Source of the DNA: Actinomycetota bacterium
GTDB lineage: Bacteria > Actinomycetota > Humimicrobiia > Humimicrobiales > Humimicrobiaceae
DNA length: 64,000 nt
Assembly (NCBI GenBank): GCA_028717265.1
Contig: JAQUOE010000002.1
Location: 36,948-100,947, forward strand
Direction of reading: 5' to 3'
This document shows, piece after piece, positions 38,538 to 49,811 of the stretch. A program made the position numbers and the translations under genes. Within the stretch, counting starts at the first letter, position 1. Every line of letters begins with the position of its first letter. The notes under the pieces are model-generated. The model had not been told where the DNA came from. It was given only the letters and a program-made list of their open reading frames with translations, and did not search any database.

Positions 38538-41389
38538 CTGTAGAGCCGTTCTTTCACAGGATTTTTATTAATATATGTTTTTAAAAACTGTCCCGTATAA
38601 GAATCAATATTCTCAGATATTTCTTCGGGAGTTCCCATAGCAATTATTTCTCCGCCCTTATCTCCCCCTTCCGGTCCAAGATCTATAATATAATCGGCGG
38701 TTTTTATGACTTCCAGATTATGTTCTATAACAAGCACGGTATTTCCTGCATCTACTAATTTCTTCAATATCGCAAGTAATTTACTTATATCGTCGAAGTG
38801 AAGTCCCGTAGTGGGTTCATCAAGCAAATATAATGTGCTTCCAGTACTTTTTTTTGAAAGTTCCGTAGACAGTTTGACCCGCTGTGCCTCTCCGCCCGAT
38901 AATGTAGTCGAAGACTGCCCTAATTTGACATAGCCAAGCCCCACATCATTAATAAGTTTCAGTTTTCTATTGATTCTCGGAATATTTTCAAAAAAGATCA
39001 TTGCTTCTTCTACGGTCATGTTAAGGACATCGTCTATATTTTTCCCCTTGTATATCACTTCCAGAGTTTCTCGATTAAATCTCTTTCCTTTACAAACTTC
39101 ACAGGGTACATAGATATCTGGCAGAAAATGCATCTCTATTTTTATAAGTCCGTCCCCATTGCAGTACTCACATCTTCCTCCTTTTACATTAAAACTAAAT
39201 CTTCCGGGTTTATATCCTTTTATCCTTGATTCATGTGTTTTTGAAAATAACTCTCTTATATAAGTAAAAACACCCGTATAAGTAGCCGGATTCGATCGCG
39301 GCGTCCTTCCTATTGGAGATTGGTCGATAACTATTACTTTATCCAGATTATTGTAATTTAATATTCCGTCATGTTTTCCCGAATCATAATTTGTCCTCAT
39401 AAGCAGATTCGAAAGTGACGGATACAATATTTCATTCACAAGTGTACTTTTACCCGATCCCGAAACTCCCGTTACCGCAACAAGCTTACCCAGATCTATC
39501 CGAACGTCAATATTCTTAAGATTATGTTCTCTGGCACCTTTTATAGTAATAAAATTTCCATTTCCTTTTCTCCGCTCACCCGGAACAGCTATGGATTTTT
39601 CCCCTGATAGATATTTCCCGGTTATGGATCTCTTGCATGTATGGATATCTTTCAGGTTTCCGCTGAATACGATTTCCCCTCCATGTATCCCCGCACCGGG
39701 CCCAATATCGACTAAAAAATCCGAACTCCTCATGGTTTCTTCATCATGTTCTATTACTATTATAGTGTTTCCAAGGTCCCTCAGCCGTTTCAATGCATTT
39801 ATCAATTTCTTGTTATCTCTTTGATGGAGACCGATGCTCGGTTCATCAAGTATATAAAGGACCCCCACGAGCCCTGACCCTATTTGTGTGGCCAACCTTA
39901 TCCTCTGAGATTCACCACCGGATAAAGTGCCTGATTTCCTGTCAAGCGTCAGATACCCCAGCCCTACATCTTTCAAAAAATTCAGCCTCTCTATTATTTC
40001 TTTTATCAGTCTCTCACCGATCATTTTTTCTCTATCGGAAAGTCTGAGTGATTTTAACCATCCTATGCCTTCCTCAACAGTTTTTTCGCAGAAATCCGAA
40101 ATAGAAAGCATACCTATTTTCACTGCGAGGCTTTCCGGCCGGAGTCTTTTACCATTGCACGCCCTGCATGGTTTGCTGCTTATCAATTTTTCTATTTTGA
40201 TCCTCTGGCTTTCGGATTCCGTTTCCAGATATCTTCTGCTTAAATTATTGGCCAGACCCTCGAATTTTATATAATAATGTTTTAATCTGCCTTTGTGGTT
40301 TACATAACTGAGCTTTACCCTTTTCCCATCGGTTCCGTATAATATTATCCTCCTTGTATACTCGTCAAGATCCCTGAAAGGAGTATTTAGATCAAATCCA
40401 TATTCTTCAGCCAGACTTTTCATCAGCTGGGAATAGTAATTTGAATATCCCATGTTAAAGAAAGGGATTGCACCATCCATTATGCTTAAATCCGGATGTT
40501 CCACTATCAAATCGGCGTCCACTTCTTTACTTATACCAAGCCCGCTGCATTCCTTGCAGGCGCCATAAGGGCTGTTGAAAGAAAACATTCGCGGAGTAAG
40601 TTCCTCGAAATCCAGACCACAGTCCACACAGGAAAAATTTTCCGAGAAGCTGTGTATCTCTCCCGAGTCAAGCAGCTGAATGTAGACAATACCGCCGCTT
40701 TCCTTGAGTGATATTTCTATATCCTCCGAAAGTCTTTTTCTTATATCGGATCTTATTTTTAATCTGTCGATGATTATTTCAATGTTATGTTTAAGGTTTT
40801 TATCCAGTTTTGGATCGAAATCATCTCCAGGTTCATAGATATTCCCATCTACCCTGACTCTTGCGTAACCATTATTTTTTATATCTTCAAATGTTTTGAT
40901 ATATTCGCCTTTTCTTCCTCTTACTATTGGCGAAAGAATTTGAAATTTAGTGTTTTCCGGCAGTTCCAGAATCCTGTCGACTATTTGATCCACTGTCTGC
41001 CTTGTTATACGTTTCCCGCATCTGTAGCAGTATGGTATCCCGATTTGAGCATAAAGAACCCGAAGATAATCATATATTTCGGTTATTGTTCCTACTGTAG
41101 ATCTGGGGTTCTTTGAAACGCCCTTTTGATTTATAGAAACTGCAGGGGACAGGCCTTCTATTAAATCAACATCCGGTTTTTCCATCTGTCCCAGGAATTG
41201 TCTTGCATAAGAAGAAAGTGATTCTACGTATCTTCTCTGCCCTTCCGCATAAATCGTATCGAATGCCAGTGATGATTTTCCCGATCCGCTTACACCGGTA
41301 AAAACCACGAATTTGTTTCTGGGAATCCTTAAATTTATATTTTTAAGGTTATGCTCCCTGGCACCTTTTATTACTATCTCTTCTTTCAT
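38534..41389 (-). CDS. uvrA: Excinuclease ABC subunit A
   Basis: Two ABC modules ([12 protein letters not shown] and [11 protein letters not shown]), zinc-finger Cys clusters, signature [11 protein letters not shown]; 951 aa. Confidence 0.95.
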   Translation of the reverse strand: MKEEIVIKGAREHNLKNINLRIPRNKFVVFTGVSGSGKSSLAFDTIYAEGQRRYVESLSSYARQFLGQMEKPDVDLIEGLSPAVSINQKGVSKNPRSTVGTITEIYDYLRVLYAQIGIPYCYRCGKRITRQTVDQIVDRILELPENTKFQILSPIVRGRKGEYIKTFEDIKNNGYARVRVDGNIYEPGDDFDPKLDKNLKHNIEIIIDRLKIRSDIRKRLSEDIEISLKESGGIVYIQLLDSGEIHSFSENFSCVDCGLDFEELTPRMFSFNSPYGACKECSGLGISKEVDADLIVEHPDLSIMDGAIPFFNMGYSNYYSQLMKSLAEEYGFDLNTPFRDLDEYTRRIILYGTDGKRVKLSYVNHKGRLKHYYIKFEGLANNLSRRYLETESESQRIKIEKLISSKPCRACNGKRLRPESLAVKIGMLSISDFCEKTVEEGIGWLKSLRLSDREKMIGERLIKEIIERLNFLKDVGLGYLTLDRKSGTLSGGESQRIRLATQIGSGLVGVLYILDEPSIGLHQRDNKKLINALKRLRDLGNTIIVIEHDEETMRSSDFLVDIGPGAGIHGGEIVFSGNLKDIHTCKRSITGKYLSGEKSIAVPGERRKGNGNFITIKGAREHNLKNIDVRIDLGKLVAVTGVSGSGKSTLVNEILYPSLSNLLMRTNYDSGKHDGILNYNNLDKVIVIDQSPIGRTPRSNPATYTGVFTYIRELFSKTHESRIKGYKPGRFSFNVKGGRCEYCNGDGLIKIEMHFLPDIYVPCEVCKGKRFNRETLEVIYKGKNIDDVLNMTVEEAMIFFENIPRINRKLKLINDVGLGYVKLGQSSTTLSGGEAQRVKLSTELSKKSTGSTLYLLDEPTTGLHFDDISKLLAILKKLVDAGNTVLVIEHNLEVIKTADYIIDLGPEGGDKGGEIIAMGTPEEISENIDSYTGQFLKTYINKNPVKERLYR

Positions 41390-41394
41390 ATATA

Positions 41395-43425
41395 TTATTT
41401 TTTAACCTCTATATTTGTTATCTTTTTTATTCTTTTTATTTCATCTCTGATCATAGCAGCTTTCTCGAAGTTCAACTCTCTCGCCTCAAGGTTCATCTCT
41501 TCTTCCAGACCGCTTATTATAGTTGCAACTTCTGATGGTTTCATATCCAGTATTTTATCCTCGTCGAATATTTTTTTCTTTTCACTTACTCTTAAGACTG
41601 TGCTTGCCTCTTTTCTGTTTTTTATTCCTCTGCTGTATAATATGTCAGATATGGCCTTATTTATAGTTTTCGGCGTTATATTGTGCCTTTTATTATATTC
41701 TATCTGCAGATCCCTTCTCCTGTTTGTCTCATATAATGCATTCTTTATTGAATCCGTCATATAATCTGCATACATTACGACTATGCCATTAACATTTCTT
41801 GCTGCTCTTCCTATTGTCTGTATAAGAGATATTTCCGATCTGAGAAATCCTTCTTTATCCGCATCCAGAATAGCGACCAGGGATACCTCCGGCAGGTCCA
41901 ATCCTTCACGGAGCAAATTTATACCGACCAGTACATCGCATTCTCCGGTTCTTAAATACCTCAGTATTTCCACTCTCTCCAGAGTATCTATGGTAGAATG
42001 CAGATATCTTACTTTTATCTTTTTACTTGCCAGATAGTCAGCCAGGTCTTCGGCCATCCTTTTTGTAAGTGTGGTCACCAGAGCCCTTTCACCTCTGCTT
42101 ACGACTTTCCTTATCTCATCCATCAGATCATCAATCTGCCCTTTTGTTTTTCTTATATAGACCTGCGGATCGACCAGGCCCGTGGGCCGGATTATCTGCT
42201 CCACGATCCGATTGCTCACTCTTCTCTCGTATGGTCCGGGCGTAGCTGAGGTAAATATCACTCTTTTAATTTTAGCCTCGAATTCCTCGAATCTTAATGG
42301 TCTGTTATCCATCGCCGAGGGGAGCCTGAATCCATAATCAACAAGTGTCTGTTTCCTTGAATGATCACCTTCGTACATCCCTCTGATCTGGGGAACAGCA
42401 ATATGCGATTCATCTATAATGACAAGAAAATCTTCAGGGAAAAAATCGAGCAGGGTGTTTGGAGCCTCTCCCGGCTTTTTCCCCAGTATGTGTCTGGAAT
42501 AATTCTCTATTCCGCCGCAAAAACCAAGTTCCGCTATCATTTCCATGTCATATCTCGTCCTTGATTCCAATCTCTGGGCTTCCAGCAGCTTCCCTGCTGC
42601 TTTGAAATATTTTAACCTTTCAGTTAGTTCCTCCTCTATTGTTCCAAGTGCTCTGTCTACCCATTCTGCCGTTGCCAGAAAATGTGTCGCCGGTGATATT
42701 ATATAGGCTTTATAATCATCGAAAATCTGCCCGGACACAGGGTCGAATTCGACTATTCTTTCCAATTCATCTTCTAAAAGCTGAACTCTTATGGCCCTAT
42801 CCTGATATGCCGGAAATATTTCGATCGTGTCCCCTTTGGCCCTGAACTTACCGTTTGTAAAATCATATTCATTTCTTTCATATCTGATATTTACGAGTTT
42901 ATTTATTATTTCTTCTCTTGGGAACATTTCGCCCGACCTCAAAATAATTCTCTGTTTTCCATATTCTGAAGGTGAGCCCAGTCCATATATGCAGGATACG
43001 CTTGCAACCACTATGACATCATTTCTTGTATAAAGGGAGTTAGTGGTGGATAATCTCAATTTTTCTATTTCTTCATTAATAGAGGTATCTTTCTCGATAT
43101 ACATATCCTTGCCTGGTAAATACGCTTCCGGCTGATAATAATCATAATAACTTACAAAAAATTCCACTGCATTATCTGGAAAAAATTCCTTAAATTCGTT
43201 ACAGAGCTGTGCCGCAAGTGTTTTATTAGGGGCAATAACCAGTGTGGGGATTTGAATATTTTTTATTACATTTGCTATCGAATAAGTCTTGCCGGAACCG
43301 GTTACTCCCAGAAGGCTCTGAAATTTAAGATTATTCTTAATTCCTTCCGTTAGTTGGCTTATGGCTTTCTCCTGGTCACCCTGAGGAGAATAATTGGATA
43401 CTATATTAAATTGCGAATCCGTCAT
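41395..43425 (-). CDS. uvrB: Excinuclease ABC subunit B
   Basis: Helicase motifs ([12 protein letters not shown]), a beta-hairpin region, and the C-terminal UVR domain; 676 aa. Confidence 0.95.
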   Translation of the reverse strand: MTDSQFNIVSNYSPQGDQEKAISQLTEGIKNNLKFQSLLGVTGSGKTYSIANVIKNIQIPTLVIAPNKTLAAQLCNEFKEFFPDNAVEFFVSYYDYYQPEAYLPGKDMYIEKDTSINEEIEKLRLSTTNSLYTRNDVIVVASVSCIYGLGSPSEYGKQRIILRSGEMFPREEIINKLVNIRYERNEYDFTNGKFRAKGDTIEIFPAYQDRAIRVQLLEDELERIVEFDPVSGQIFDDYKAYIISPATHFLATAEWVDRALGTIEEELTERLKYFKAAGKLLEAQRLESRTRYDMEMIAELGFCGGIENYSRHILGKKPGEAPNTLLDFFPEDFLVIIDESHIAVPQIRGMYEGDHSRKQTLVDYGFRLPSAMDNRPLRFEEFEAKIKRVIFTSATPGPYERRVSNRIVEQIIRPTGLVDPQVYIRKTKGQIDDLMDEIRKVVSRGERALVTTLTKRMAEDLADYLASKKIKVRYLHSTIDTLERVEILRYLRTGECDVLVGINLLREGLDLPEVSLVAILDADKEGFLRSEISLIQTIGRAARNVNGIVVMYADYMTDSIKNALYETNRRRDLQIEYNKRHNITPKTINKAISDILYSRGIKNRKEASTVLRVSEKKKIFDEDKILDMKPSEVATIISGLEEEMNLEARELNFEKAAMIRDEIKRIKKITNIEVKK

Positions 43426-43443
43426 ATTTTTTTATTAATACAT

Positions 43444-44016
43444 TTAAAATTTTTCTAAGATCTCTTTAACTTTACCAAGAAGATCTTTTTTGGAACCATT
43501 GTTTTCAATTATAAATGCCACTTTTTCCATTTTTATTTTTATATACTGGCCTTTAATTCTTAATTTTACTTTTTTATCCGAATAACCCTTTCCACTCAAA
43601 AAATTTTCCCTCATTTTACTCTGTGCCTCAACCAGAATTATATAATCACAAAGCATGTCCAATTTGCAATCAAAGAGCACTGCTGCATCTATTATTATAT
43701 AATCCTTATCCTGGTTCTTATTTAAAATATATTCAACCTGATTTCTGATCAATGGAAACATCAAACTATTTAATTTTTTTAGATCCTTCTTACTTGAAAA
43801 AACTTTCTCTGCCAGAGACTCAAAAATCAGATCTCCTCCAGGTCCGAATATCTCATTTCCAAAAATAACTCTAAGTTTAATCAGGATTTCAGGATTTTTT
43901 GAATAGATACTTTTCGCCAATTTATCTATGTCAAGTATCAGTACGTTTTTCTTTATTTTTTTTATAAAACCAGATACCGTACTTTTACCCGAAGCAATCC
44001 TGCCCGTTATCCCCAA
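43444..44016 (-). CDS. coaE: Dephospho-CoA kinase
   Basis: GITGRIASGKSTV P-loop, about 190 aa. The track start is TTG; in-frame upstream ATA/ATA/GTA codons and an AGGAGG Shine-Dalgarno 14 nt upstream make the exact start uncertain. Confidence 0.85.
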   Translation of the reverse strand: MGITGRIASGKSTVSGFIKKIKKNVLILDIDKLAKSIYSKNPEILIKLRVIFGNEIFGPGGDLIFESLAEKVFSSKKDLKKLNSLMFPLIRNQVEYILNKNQDKDYIIIDAAVLFDCKLDMLCDYIILVEAQSKMRENFLSGKGYSDKKVKLRIKGQYIKIKMEKVAFIIENNGSKKDLLGKVKEILEKF

Positions 44017-44178
44017 TACTATTATGATATCCTCCTTCTATCTTTATAAGTCAATTATACATTACTTATTAAAGAGTGAAATCAAATATGAAAAGATGGT
44101 GGCAACCAATGATTATTTAAATAATTCTCGCGTTTCAGGCAGTTTTAACATATGAACTAAAATGGCCGGAAATGGGAC

Positions 44179-45519
44179 CTAATCTATTTTGGCTTCGTCT
44201 TTCATTTCCTTGAGTATTTCTTTTATCTGTCTTTTTTTACTGGATTCGTTATCTTCTGTTTCTTTGTCCTGGCTTTCTTCAGCTTCTTCGTCAGAGGTTT
44301 CTTCTTTTTCATCGGTTTTTTCTGTATCTTTTTTAGAAGTTTCTTTTTTTACACTTTTTTTATCTGATTTTGAATCCCTGGCTTCTTTATCTTCTTCTTT
44401 TTCTCCGATTGGATTTTCAACCTGCTTTACACTAAAAGCCATTCTTCTCTTATCAAAATCTATATCAATGATCCTTACCATTAATTCATCACCGATTTTT
44501 GCAACATCACTTGGTCTTTTTACCGTTTCCGGGCTCAACTCCGATATATGTACCAGACCCTCAAGGCTCCCTTCCACCTGAACAAATAAACCGAATTTTA
44601 CAATACGGGTTACTTTGCCCTTTATGATATCTTTAACCGAATAATTTTTTATCTTCTCAAGCCATGGATCTTTCTGGGTTTGTTTCAGACCCAGGGATAA
44701 TCTTTGCTTTTCATAATCAATGTCCAGTATCTCCACATCCACTTCCTGATTGATACTGACTACTTCGGAAGGATGTTTCACGTGATTCCAGGAAAGTTCC
44801 GATATATGCACCAGACCGTCGACACCCTCGACATCCACGAATGCTCCAAATTCCGCAATACTTGTGATTATCCCCTTCTTTACCTGCCCTACTTCCATTT
44901 TATTGAGTATTTCTTTTCGCTGTTCTTTTCTTTCACCTTCTATGATTGCTTTCCTGGACAGGACAACATTATTCCTGTTCCTGTCTACTTCTATGATCTT
45001 GCATGTACACTTCTCGCCAATATAAGATTCCAGATCTTTAGTTTTTCTTACATCTATCAGGGATGCAGGTAAAAATCCTCTTAAGCCTATATCTACTATC
45101 AGGCCTCCTTTTACACATTCTATGATCTCTCCTTCAACGGTGTCCCCGCCCTGATATATTTTTTCTATCCTATCAAAATTCTGCTCCACTTCTGCTCTTT
45201 TTTTGGATAATATCAATCTGCCATCCTGATCTTCCTTCTGCAGCACCATTATTTCTATCTCATCATCCACCTTCAGAACATTTTCAGGTTTGACATCGCC
45301 CCTTATAGAAAGTTCGTTTATCGGAATAACTCCTTCGGATTTGAAACCTACATCGACCAGAATTTCATCTTTATCGATTTTTACTACTCTGCCCCTTATC
45401 ACATCGCCATCATTTAAATCGATCATGGTAAGGTCATAATTGGGGACCATCTTACCATCCTTGTTTTCAATCATGCAATTATCATTTGTCAGTTTTTCGT
45501 AAAAATTATTATCGGTCAT
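44179..45519 (-). CDS. rpsA: 30S ribosomal protein S1 (four S1 domains plus a charged Lys/Glu/Asp-rich C-terminal tail)
   Basis: Four S1/OB repeats (for example GDVIRGRVVKIDKDEILVDVG, GDTVEGEIIECVKGGLIVDIG, VGQVKKGIITSIAEFGAFVDV, IKGKVTRIVKFGLFVQV). A low-complexity tail of about 70 aa (KEEDKEARDSKSDKK...EEAEESQDKETEDNESSKK). Confidence 0.85.
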   Translation of the reverse strand: MTDNNFYEKLTNDNCMIENKDGKMVPNYDLTMIDLNDGDVIRGRVVKIDKDEILVDVGFKSEGVIPINELSIRGDVKPENVLKVDDEIEIMVLQKEDQDGRLILSKKRAEVEQNFDRIEKIYQGGDTVEGEIIECVKGGLIVDIGLRGFLPASLIDVRKTKDLESYIGEKCTCKIIEVDRNRNNVVLSRKAIIEGERKEQRKEILNKMEVGQVKKGIITSIAEFGAFVDVEGVDGLVHISELSWNHVKHPSEVVSINQEVDVEILDIDYEKQRLSLGLKQTQKDPWLEKIKNYSVKDIIKGKVTRIVKFGLFVQVEGSLEGLVHISELSPETVKRPSDVAKIGDELMVRIIDIDFDKRRMAFSVKQVENPIGEKEEDKEARDSKSDKKSVKKETSKKDTEKTDEKEETSDEEAEESQDKETEDNESSKKRQIKEILKEMKDEAKID

Positions 45520-45601
45520 AGTTAATAAATCATTCTCCTTTTTTAATATTCGAAAAGGATAACATGCAGGAAAATAATAATCAATATTATAAAATATTTT
45601 T

Positions 45602-48340
45602 TTAAATATACCAATTTTTACCTGTTTTTATGTCCACTTTTAGTTTCACATTCAAATTCACACAATTTTCCATCGATTCAGCGACCATTTGCCTCACTTT
45701 ATCAAGGTCCTTCTCTTTTAGTTCCAGTACAAGTTCGTCATGTACATGAAGTATGATATTGCTGTCTATTCCGGTTTCTTTAAGTCCGTTAAAAAGCAAA
45801 ACAGTTGATAATTTCATTATATCTGCAGCGCTCCCCTGTATGGGAGTATTGATCGCAAATCTTTCCCCGAGACTCCTTATGCGGACATTACTGCTTCCAA
45901 GTTCCCTGAGATATCTCTTTCTTCCGAAAATAGTGGTTGTGTATCCCTTTTTATACGCATCGTCTATCAGGAATTTCAAATATTTTTTTACTCCCGAATA
46001 ACGGGTAAAATATTTTTGAATATACTCTCTTGCTTCTTCCTCCGATATCGAAAGCCTGTTCATGAGGCCATATTCTGTCATACCGTATATTATTCCGAAA
46101 TTTATGGTCTTTGCTTTTCTTCTCAGATTCTCATCGACTTTATCATAACTTACTCCGAATATCTCCGAAGCTGTATGAGTGTGAATATCTTCTTCGTGGT
46201 TAAATGAATCTAAAAGATTTTTATCTTCGGAAAGGTGGGCAAGTACCCTTAATTCTATCTGGGAATAATCCGATGCAAGGATCAGGTCATAGCCTTTCCC
46301 GGGTATAAAAGCTTTTCTTATCTGTTTCCCGTAATCTGTCCTTACCGGGATATTCTGAAGATTGGGATCACTGCTGCTTATCCTTCCGGTAGATGTTCCC
46401 AACTGATGGTATGTGGTATGAATCCTGGAGTCCCCGGGATCGATCAGGCAGGGTAAAACATCTATATAAGTATTTTTTAATTTGTTTTTTTCTCTAAAAT
46501 CCAGTATTTTCTCTATTACTGGAGAACTGCCATTAATGGCCTTAAGTGTTCCTGCATCCGTGGATAATCCTGTTTTGGTTTTTTTTGTGACAGGAAGCTT
46601 CATCTTTTTATAGAGGACTTCGGATAATTGCCGGGAAGAATTTATATTAAACTCACTGCCGCAAATTTTATGAATTTCTTTCCGGAGTTCCTCTATGTCC
46701 TTTTCATATTCCTTGATCAAACCGTTCAAATATTTTTTATCTATGTTGACGCCCTTATACTCTATTTCGGCAAGCACCTTTATGAGAGGTTCTTCTATCT
46801 GCCAGTATAGTTTTTCCATATTCTCTTTCTTTAGTTCTTCCAGAAATCTTTTTTCTAAATTTTCATAAAGTCCAAGCTTTTTTAAAACTGCATCTAATTT
46901 CTCCATATCTATCTTTGTCTTCTGCTTATCATCCTCATATAGATCCAGTTTCAATTGCTTTTTCATTTCTGTTTTTTTTATTCCGGTACCGCTATCATCT
47001 TTAGGCTCAACATCTTTTATTTCTATATTAAGAAGATCCCTGATTATCTCATCCAGGGTAACGGTAGATTTAACAGGATTTAATATCAGATATAGTATTT
47101 TATAATCTATAAAGTTTCCATCTAAAATAATGCCATAGCTTTTCAGGATTTTATATATTTTTTTAAAATCAAAACCGGTTTTTTTTATTTTTTTATTTTC
47201 CAGTACTTTTTTTAAATCCTCTTTTAAATCTTCCCTGACAAAGTCGTCTGTTTTAATAAAAAATGCATCACACTGTCCGTAATGTAAAATAATGCCCTCG
47301 AATATATCTTCAGGGCACCATTCTGTTATATACATACTTTCGACTGCATTTTTACTCAGTTCTTCGGGATTTAAATTCAGAGTTAAATGTTTGAAAACCG
47401 TCTCATCCATTGCTCCTTTGTCTTCAGGAGGCCCTTCTTTAAAATTGATCTTATCTTTAAGACCCGCGAGTTTCTTTTCCAGAGATTTAAATTCGAGACT
47501 TTCAAATAACTGTTTTACTCTATTAAAACTGACATCTTTGAAACTGCTGCCAACAATATTTTCAATATTCAAGTCACCGGGCATCTTTAGTCGAGTGAGT
47601 TTCTTGCTTAACAACGCAATATCTTTATTTTTCATAAGCATTTCTTTTAGCCTCGGATTGGCTATCTTATCTATGTTTGAATAAATCTCCTCGACGGAAC
47701 CATATTCCCTCACCAGCGATCTGGCTGTTTTTGGTCCTATTCCGGGAATGCCGGGTATATTATCGGAACTATCCCCCATCAGAGCAAGCAGATCTTTTAC
47801 ATTTTCCGGTTTTACACCAAGTTTTTCCTCTACTTTAAATTTATCTATCAATACAGTATCAGTAATACCCTGTTTAATGGCCATTACTCTTATATTACCG
47901 CTAACCAGCTGCAATATATCTTTGTCACCTGTCAATATTATTACTTCATTGAACTGATTTTTTACCTTATCTGCTATGTCCGCAAGTATGTCATCTGCTT
48001 CAAAACCTTCTTTTTCCAGACAAACAATATTAAATGCACTCAGTACCTCTTTTATCAGTGGAAACTGTTCCGACAATCCATCGGGCATTTTTTTTCTTTT
48101 CATTTTATACTGATCGAACATTTTGTGTCTGAATGTGGGCGCCTTGCTATCAAAAGCACATATTATGGTATCCGGACATTGATCCTCTATGAGTCTCAAC
48201 AGCATACTGGTAAAACCAAGAACAGCATTGGTAGGGGTACCCGACGAAGTGGATATGTTTTCGGGTATGGCATAGAATGCTCTGTATGCAATATTATTTC
48301 CATCTATAAGGATGACTTTCCTGTTCTTTTTATCTTTCAA
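45602..48340 (-). CDS. polA: DNA polymerase I
   Basis: 5'-3' exonuclease/FEN domain (VILIDGNNIAYRAFYA), a central domain lacking recognisable 3'-5' exonuclease motifs, and family-A polymerase motifs A, B and C (DYSQIELR, RRKAKTINFGIIYG, HVHDELVLE). Confidence 0.95.
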   Translation of the reverse strand: MKDKKNRKVILIDGNNIAYRAFYAIPENISTSSGTPTNAVLGFTSMLLRLIEDQCPDTIICAFDSKAPTFRHKMFDQYKMKRKKMPDGLSEQFPLIKEVLSAFNIVCLEKEGFEADDILADIADKVKNQFNEVIILTGDKDILQLVSGNIRVMAIKQGITDTVLIDKFKVEEKLGVKPENVKDLLALMGDSSDNIPGIPGIGPKTARSLVREYGSVEEIYSNIDKIANPRLKEMLMKNKDIALLSKKLTRLKMPGDLNIENIVGSSFKDVSFNRVKQLFESLEFKSLEKKLAGLKDKINFKEGPPEDKGAMDETVFKHLTLNLNPEELSKNAVESMYITEWCPEDIFEGIILHYGQCDAFFIKTDDFVREDLKEDLKKVLENKKIKKTGFDFKKIYKILKSYGIILDGNFIDYKILYLILNPVKSTVTLDEIIRDLLNIEIKDVEPKDDSGTGIKKTEMKKQLKLDLYEDDKQKTKIDMEKLDAVLKKLGLYENLEKRFLEELKKENMEKLYWQIEEPLIKVLAEIEYKGVNIDKKYLNGLIKEYEKDIEELRKEIHKICGSEFNINSSRQLSEVLYKKMKLPVTKKTKTGLSTDAGTLKAINGSSPVIEKILDFREKNKLKNTYIDVLPCLIDPGDSRIHTTYHQLGTSTGRISSSDPNLQNIPVRTDYGKQIRKAFIPGKGYDLILASDYSQIELRVLAHLSEDKNLLDSFNHEEDIHTHTASEIFGVSYDKVDENLRRKAKTINFGIIYGMTEYGLMNRLSISEEEAREYIQKYFTRYSGVKKYLKFLIDDAYKKGYTTTIFGRKRYLRELGSSNVRIRSLGERFAINTPIQGSAADIMKLSTVLLFNGLKETGIDSNIILHVHDELVLELKEKDLDKVRQMVAESMENCVNLNVKLKVDIKTGKNWYI

Positions 48341-48510
48341 TTAAAATCTTCCTGACTTTTAAAAAATATTTATTAATTAAAAGTTTGAACTTTTTTATTT
48401 CAAAAATTTGATATTCCCGAAAAAGAATAAAATTTTCGTCTGATACTAATATGTTTTTATATTATATCATTTAAGAAAAATAATTTTATTGGGATAATGG
48501 TCCTGGCGGA

Positions 48511-48555
48511 AACATAAAAAAGCGTCATCAAATTTCATAGAAATTTAATGACGCT
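48511..48555 (-). terminator. Rho-independent terminator downstream of the PD40 lipoprotein gene and upstream of polA
   Basis: Minus-strand AAGCGUCAU-UAAAUUUC-UAUG-AAAUUUG-AUGACGCUU extended hairpin followed by UUUUAUGUUU, about 135 nt after the stop at 48689. Confidence 0.4.
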
Positions 48556-48688
48556 TCGTGAATAAAACTATAATAAATTATTATACAATTGTCAATATTA
48601 ATATCCTGTAATATCTCACAATAGTTGATAAGAATCTTCTGTACTATATCCCGGCCGGTGGCCTCTCATGCATAATCTTTATTTATTT

Positions 48689-49552
48689 TCAATACCATGA
48701 AGGGGACCAATCCCATGAATTATTAAAAGTAAGTCTCATTTCATTTTTACCATTGGAATTAGCTATATAAATTTCAAGATTTCCATCCTGATAATCCGAT
48801 ACGAAGATGATCCTGGTTCCATCTGAGGACCACTGCACCGCATCTACTAAATTATTTTCTATAAGCCTTACATGATTTTTCCCATCGGAATCCATAATGC
48901 TGATCCTGCAGTTCGATATAAAGGTGATTTTAGATCCATCAGGAAACCAGGAGGGGCCCCAATCCCATGAATCATTGTCGGTAAGTCTGGTCTGGTTTTT
49001 CCCATCCGGATCCATAACGTAAATCTCAAAATTTCCGTCACGGTTCGATGCAAAAGCAATTTTAGACCCGTCAGGTGACCAGGAAGGATCCCAATCCGAT
49101 GATTTATCATCAGTAAGATTTACCTGATTTTTCCCATCGGAATCCATTACATAGATTTCCCAGTTGCCATTCTGAGTTGATTCAAAAGCAATTTTAGACC
49201 CGTCAGGAGACCAGGAAGGTGACCAGTTCTTTGAATCATTGTCGGTAAGCTTTTTCTGGTTCTTTCCATCAGGATCCATTACATAGATCTCAAAATTTCC
49301 ATCCCGATCCGACGCAAAAGCAATCCTGGACCCATCCGGGGACCAGGAAGGAAACCAATCCCATGAATCATTATCGGTAAGTCTAATCTGGTTATTTCCG
49401 TCCGGACCCATGACATAGATCTCAAAATTTCCGTCACGGCTTGAGGCAAATACAATCTTTGATTGATAAGAAATATGAGATTTACAACTAATTAAGGGAA
49501 ACACTGCGATTATTAGAAGGATAATGAACAGATATATAAATATCTTCTTCAT
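48689..49552 (-). CDS. PD40 (TolB-like) beta-propeller repeat lipoprotein
   Basis: Signal sequence with lipobox (FPLISC). About six repeats of the form [37 protein letters not shown], matching TolB C-terminal propeller blades. No TolB N-terminal domain. Confidence 0.7.
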   Translation of the reverse strand: MKKIFIYLFIILLIIAVFPLISCKSHISYQSKIVFASSRDGNFEIYVMGPDGNNQIRLTDNDSWDWFPSWSPDGSRIAFASDRDGNFEIYVMDPDGKNQKKLTDNDSKNWSPSWSPDGSKIAFESTQNGNWEIYVMDSDGKNQVNLTDDKSSDWDPSWSPDGSKIAFASNRDGNFEIYVMDPDGKNQTRLTDNDSWDWGPSWFPDGSKITFISNCRISIMDSDGKNHVRLIENNLVDAVQWSSDGTRIIFVSDYQDGNLEIYIANSNGKNEMRLTFNNSWDWSPSWY

Positions 49553-49711
49553 TTTAATTTACTTTTTTAATTCTCCAAATATTAATTTTACATCAAATTC
49601 GGGGATATTCAAAAAAGATTGGCAATTTGTTTTCTAAAGAAGACAGCACTCAGATCTTTAATTTAACGCAATTCTTGATAATAATTCCGATAAATTGTAT
49701 TATTTTAGAGC

Positions 49712-49800
49712 GCCGAAGTGGCGGAACTGGCAGACGCGCTGGACTCAAAATCCAGTGGACCGCGAGGTTCGTGTCGGTTCGACCCCGACCTTCGGCACCA
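49712..49800 (+). tRNA. tRNA-Leu (CAA)
   Basis: GCCGAAGUGGCGGAACUGGCAGACGCGCUGGACUCAAAAUCCAGUGGACCGCGAGGUUCGUGUCGGUUCGACCCCGACCUUCGGCACCA. Type II tRNA with anticodon loop CUCAAAA and encoded CCA. Its 3' end lies 11 nt from the convergent pfkA stop. Confidence 0.85.
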
Positions 49801-49811
49801 TAACAATATTT

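Noticed and set aside
44141-44154. TTAACATATGAACT upstream of coaE/uvrBAC, superficially like the dnaE LexA box (it shares AACATATG)
   Set aside because: The half-sites are in the same orientation (TAAC...GAAC), not an inverted repeat GAAC-N4-GTTC. It therefore does not fit a LexA dimer site.
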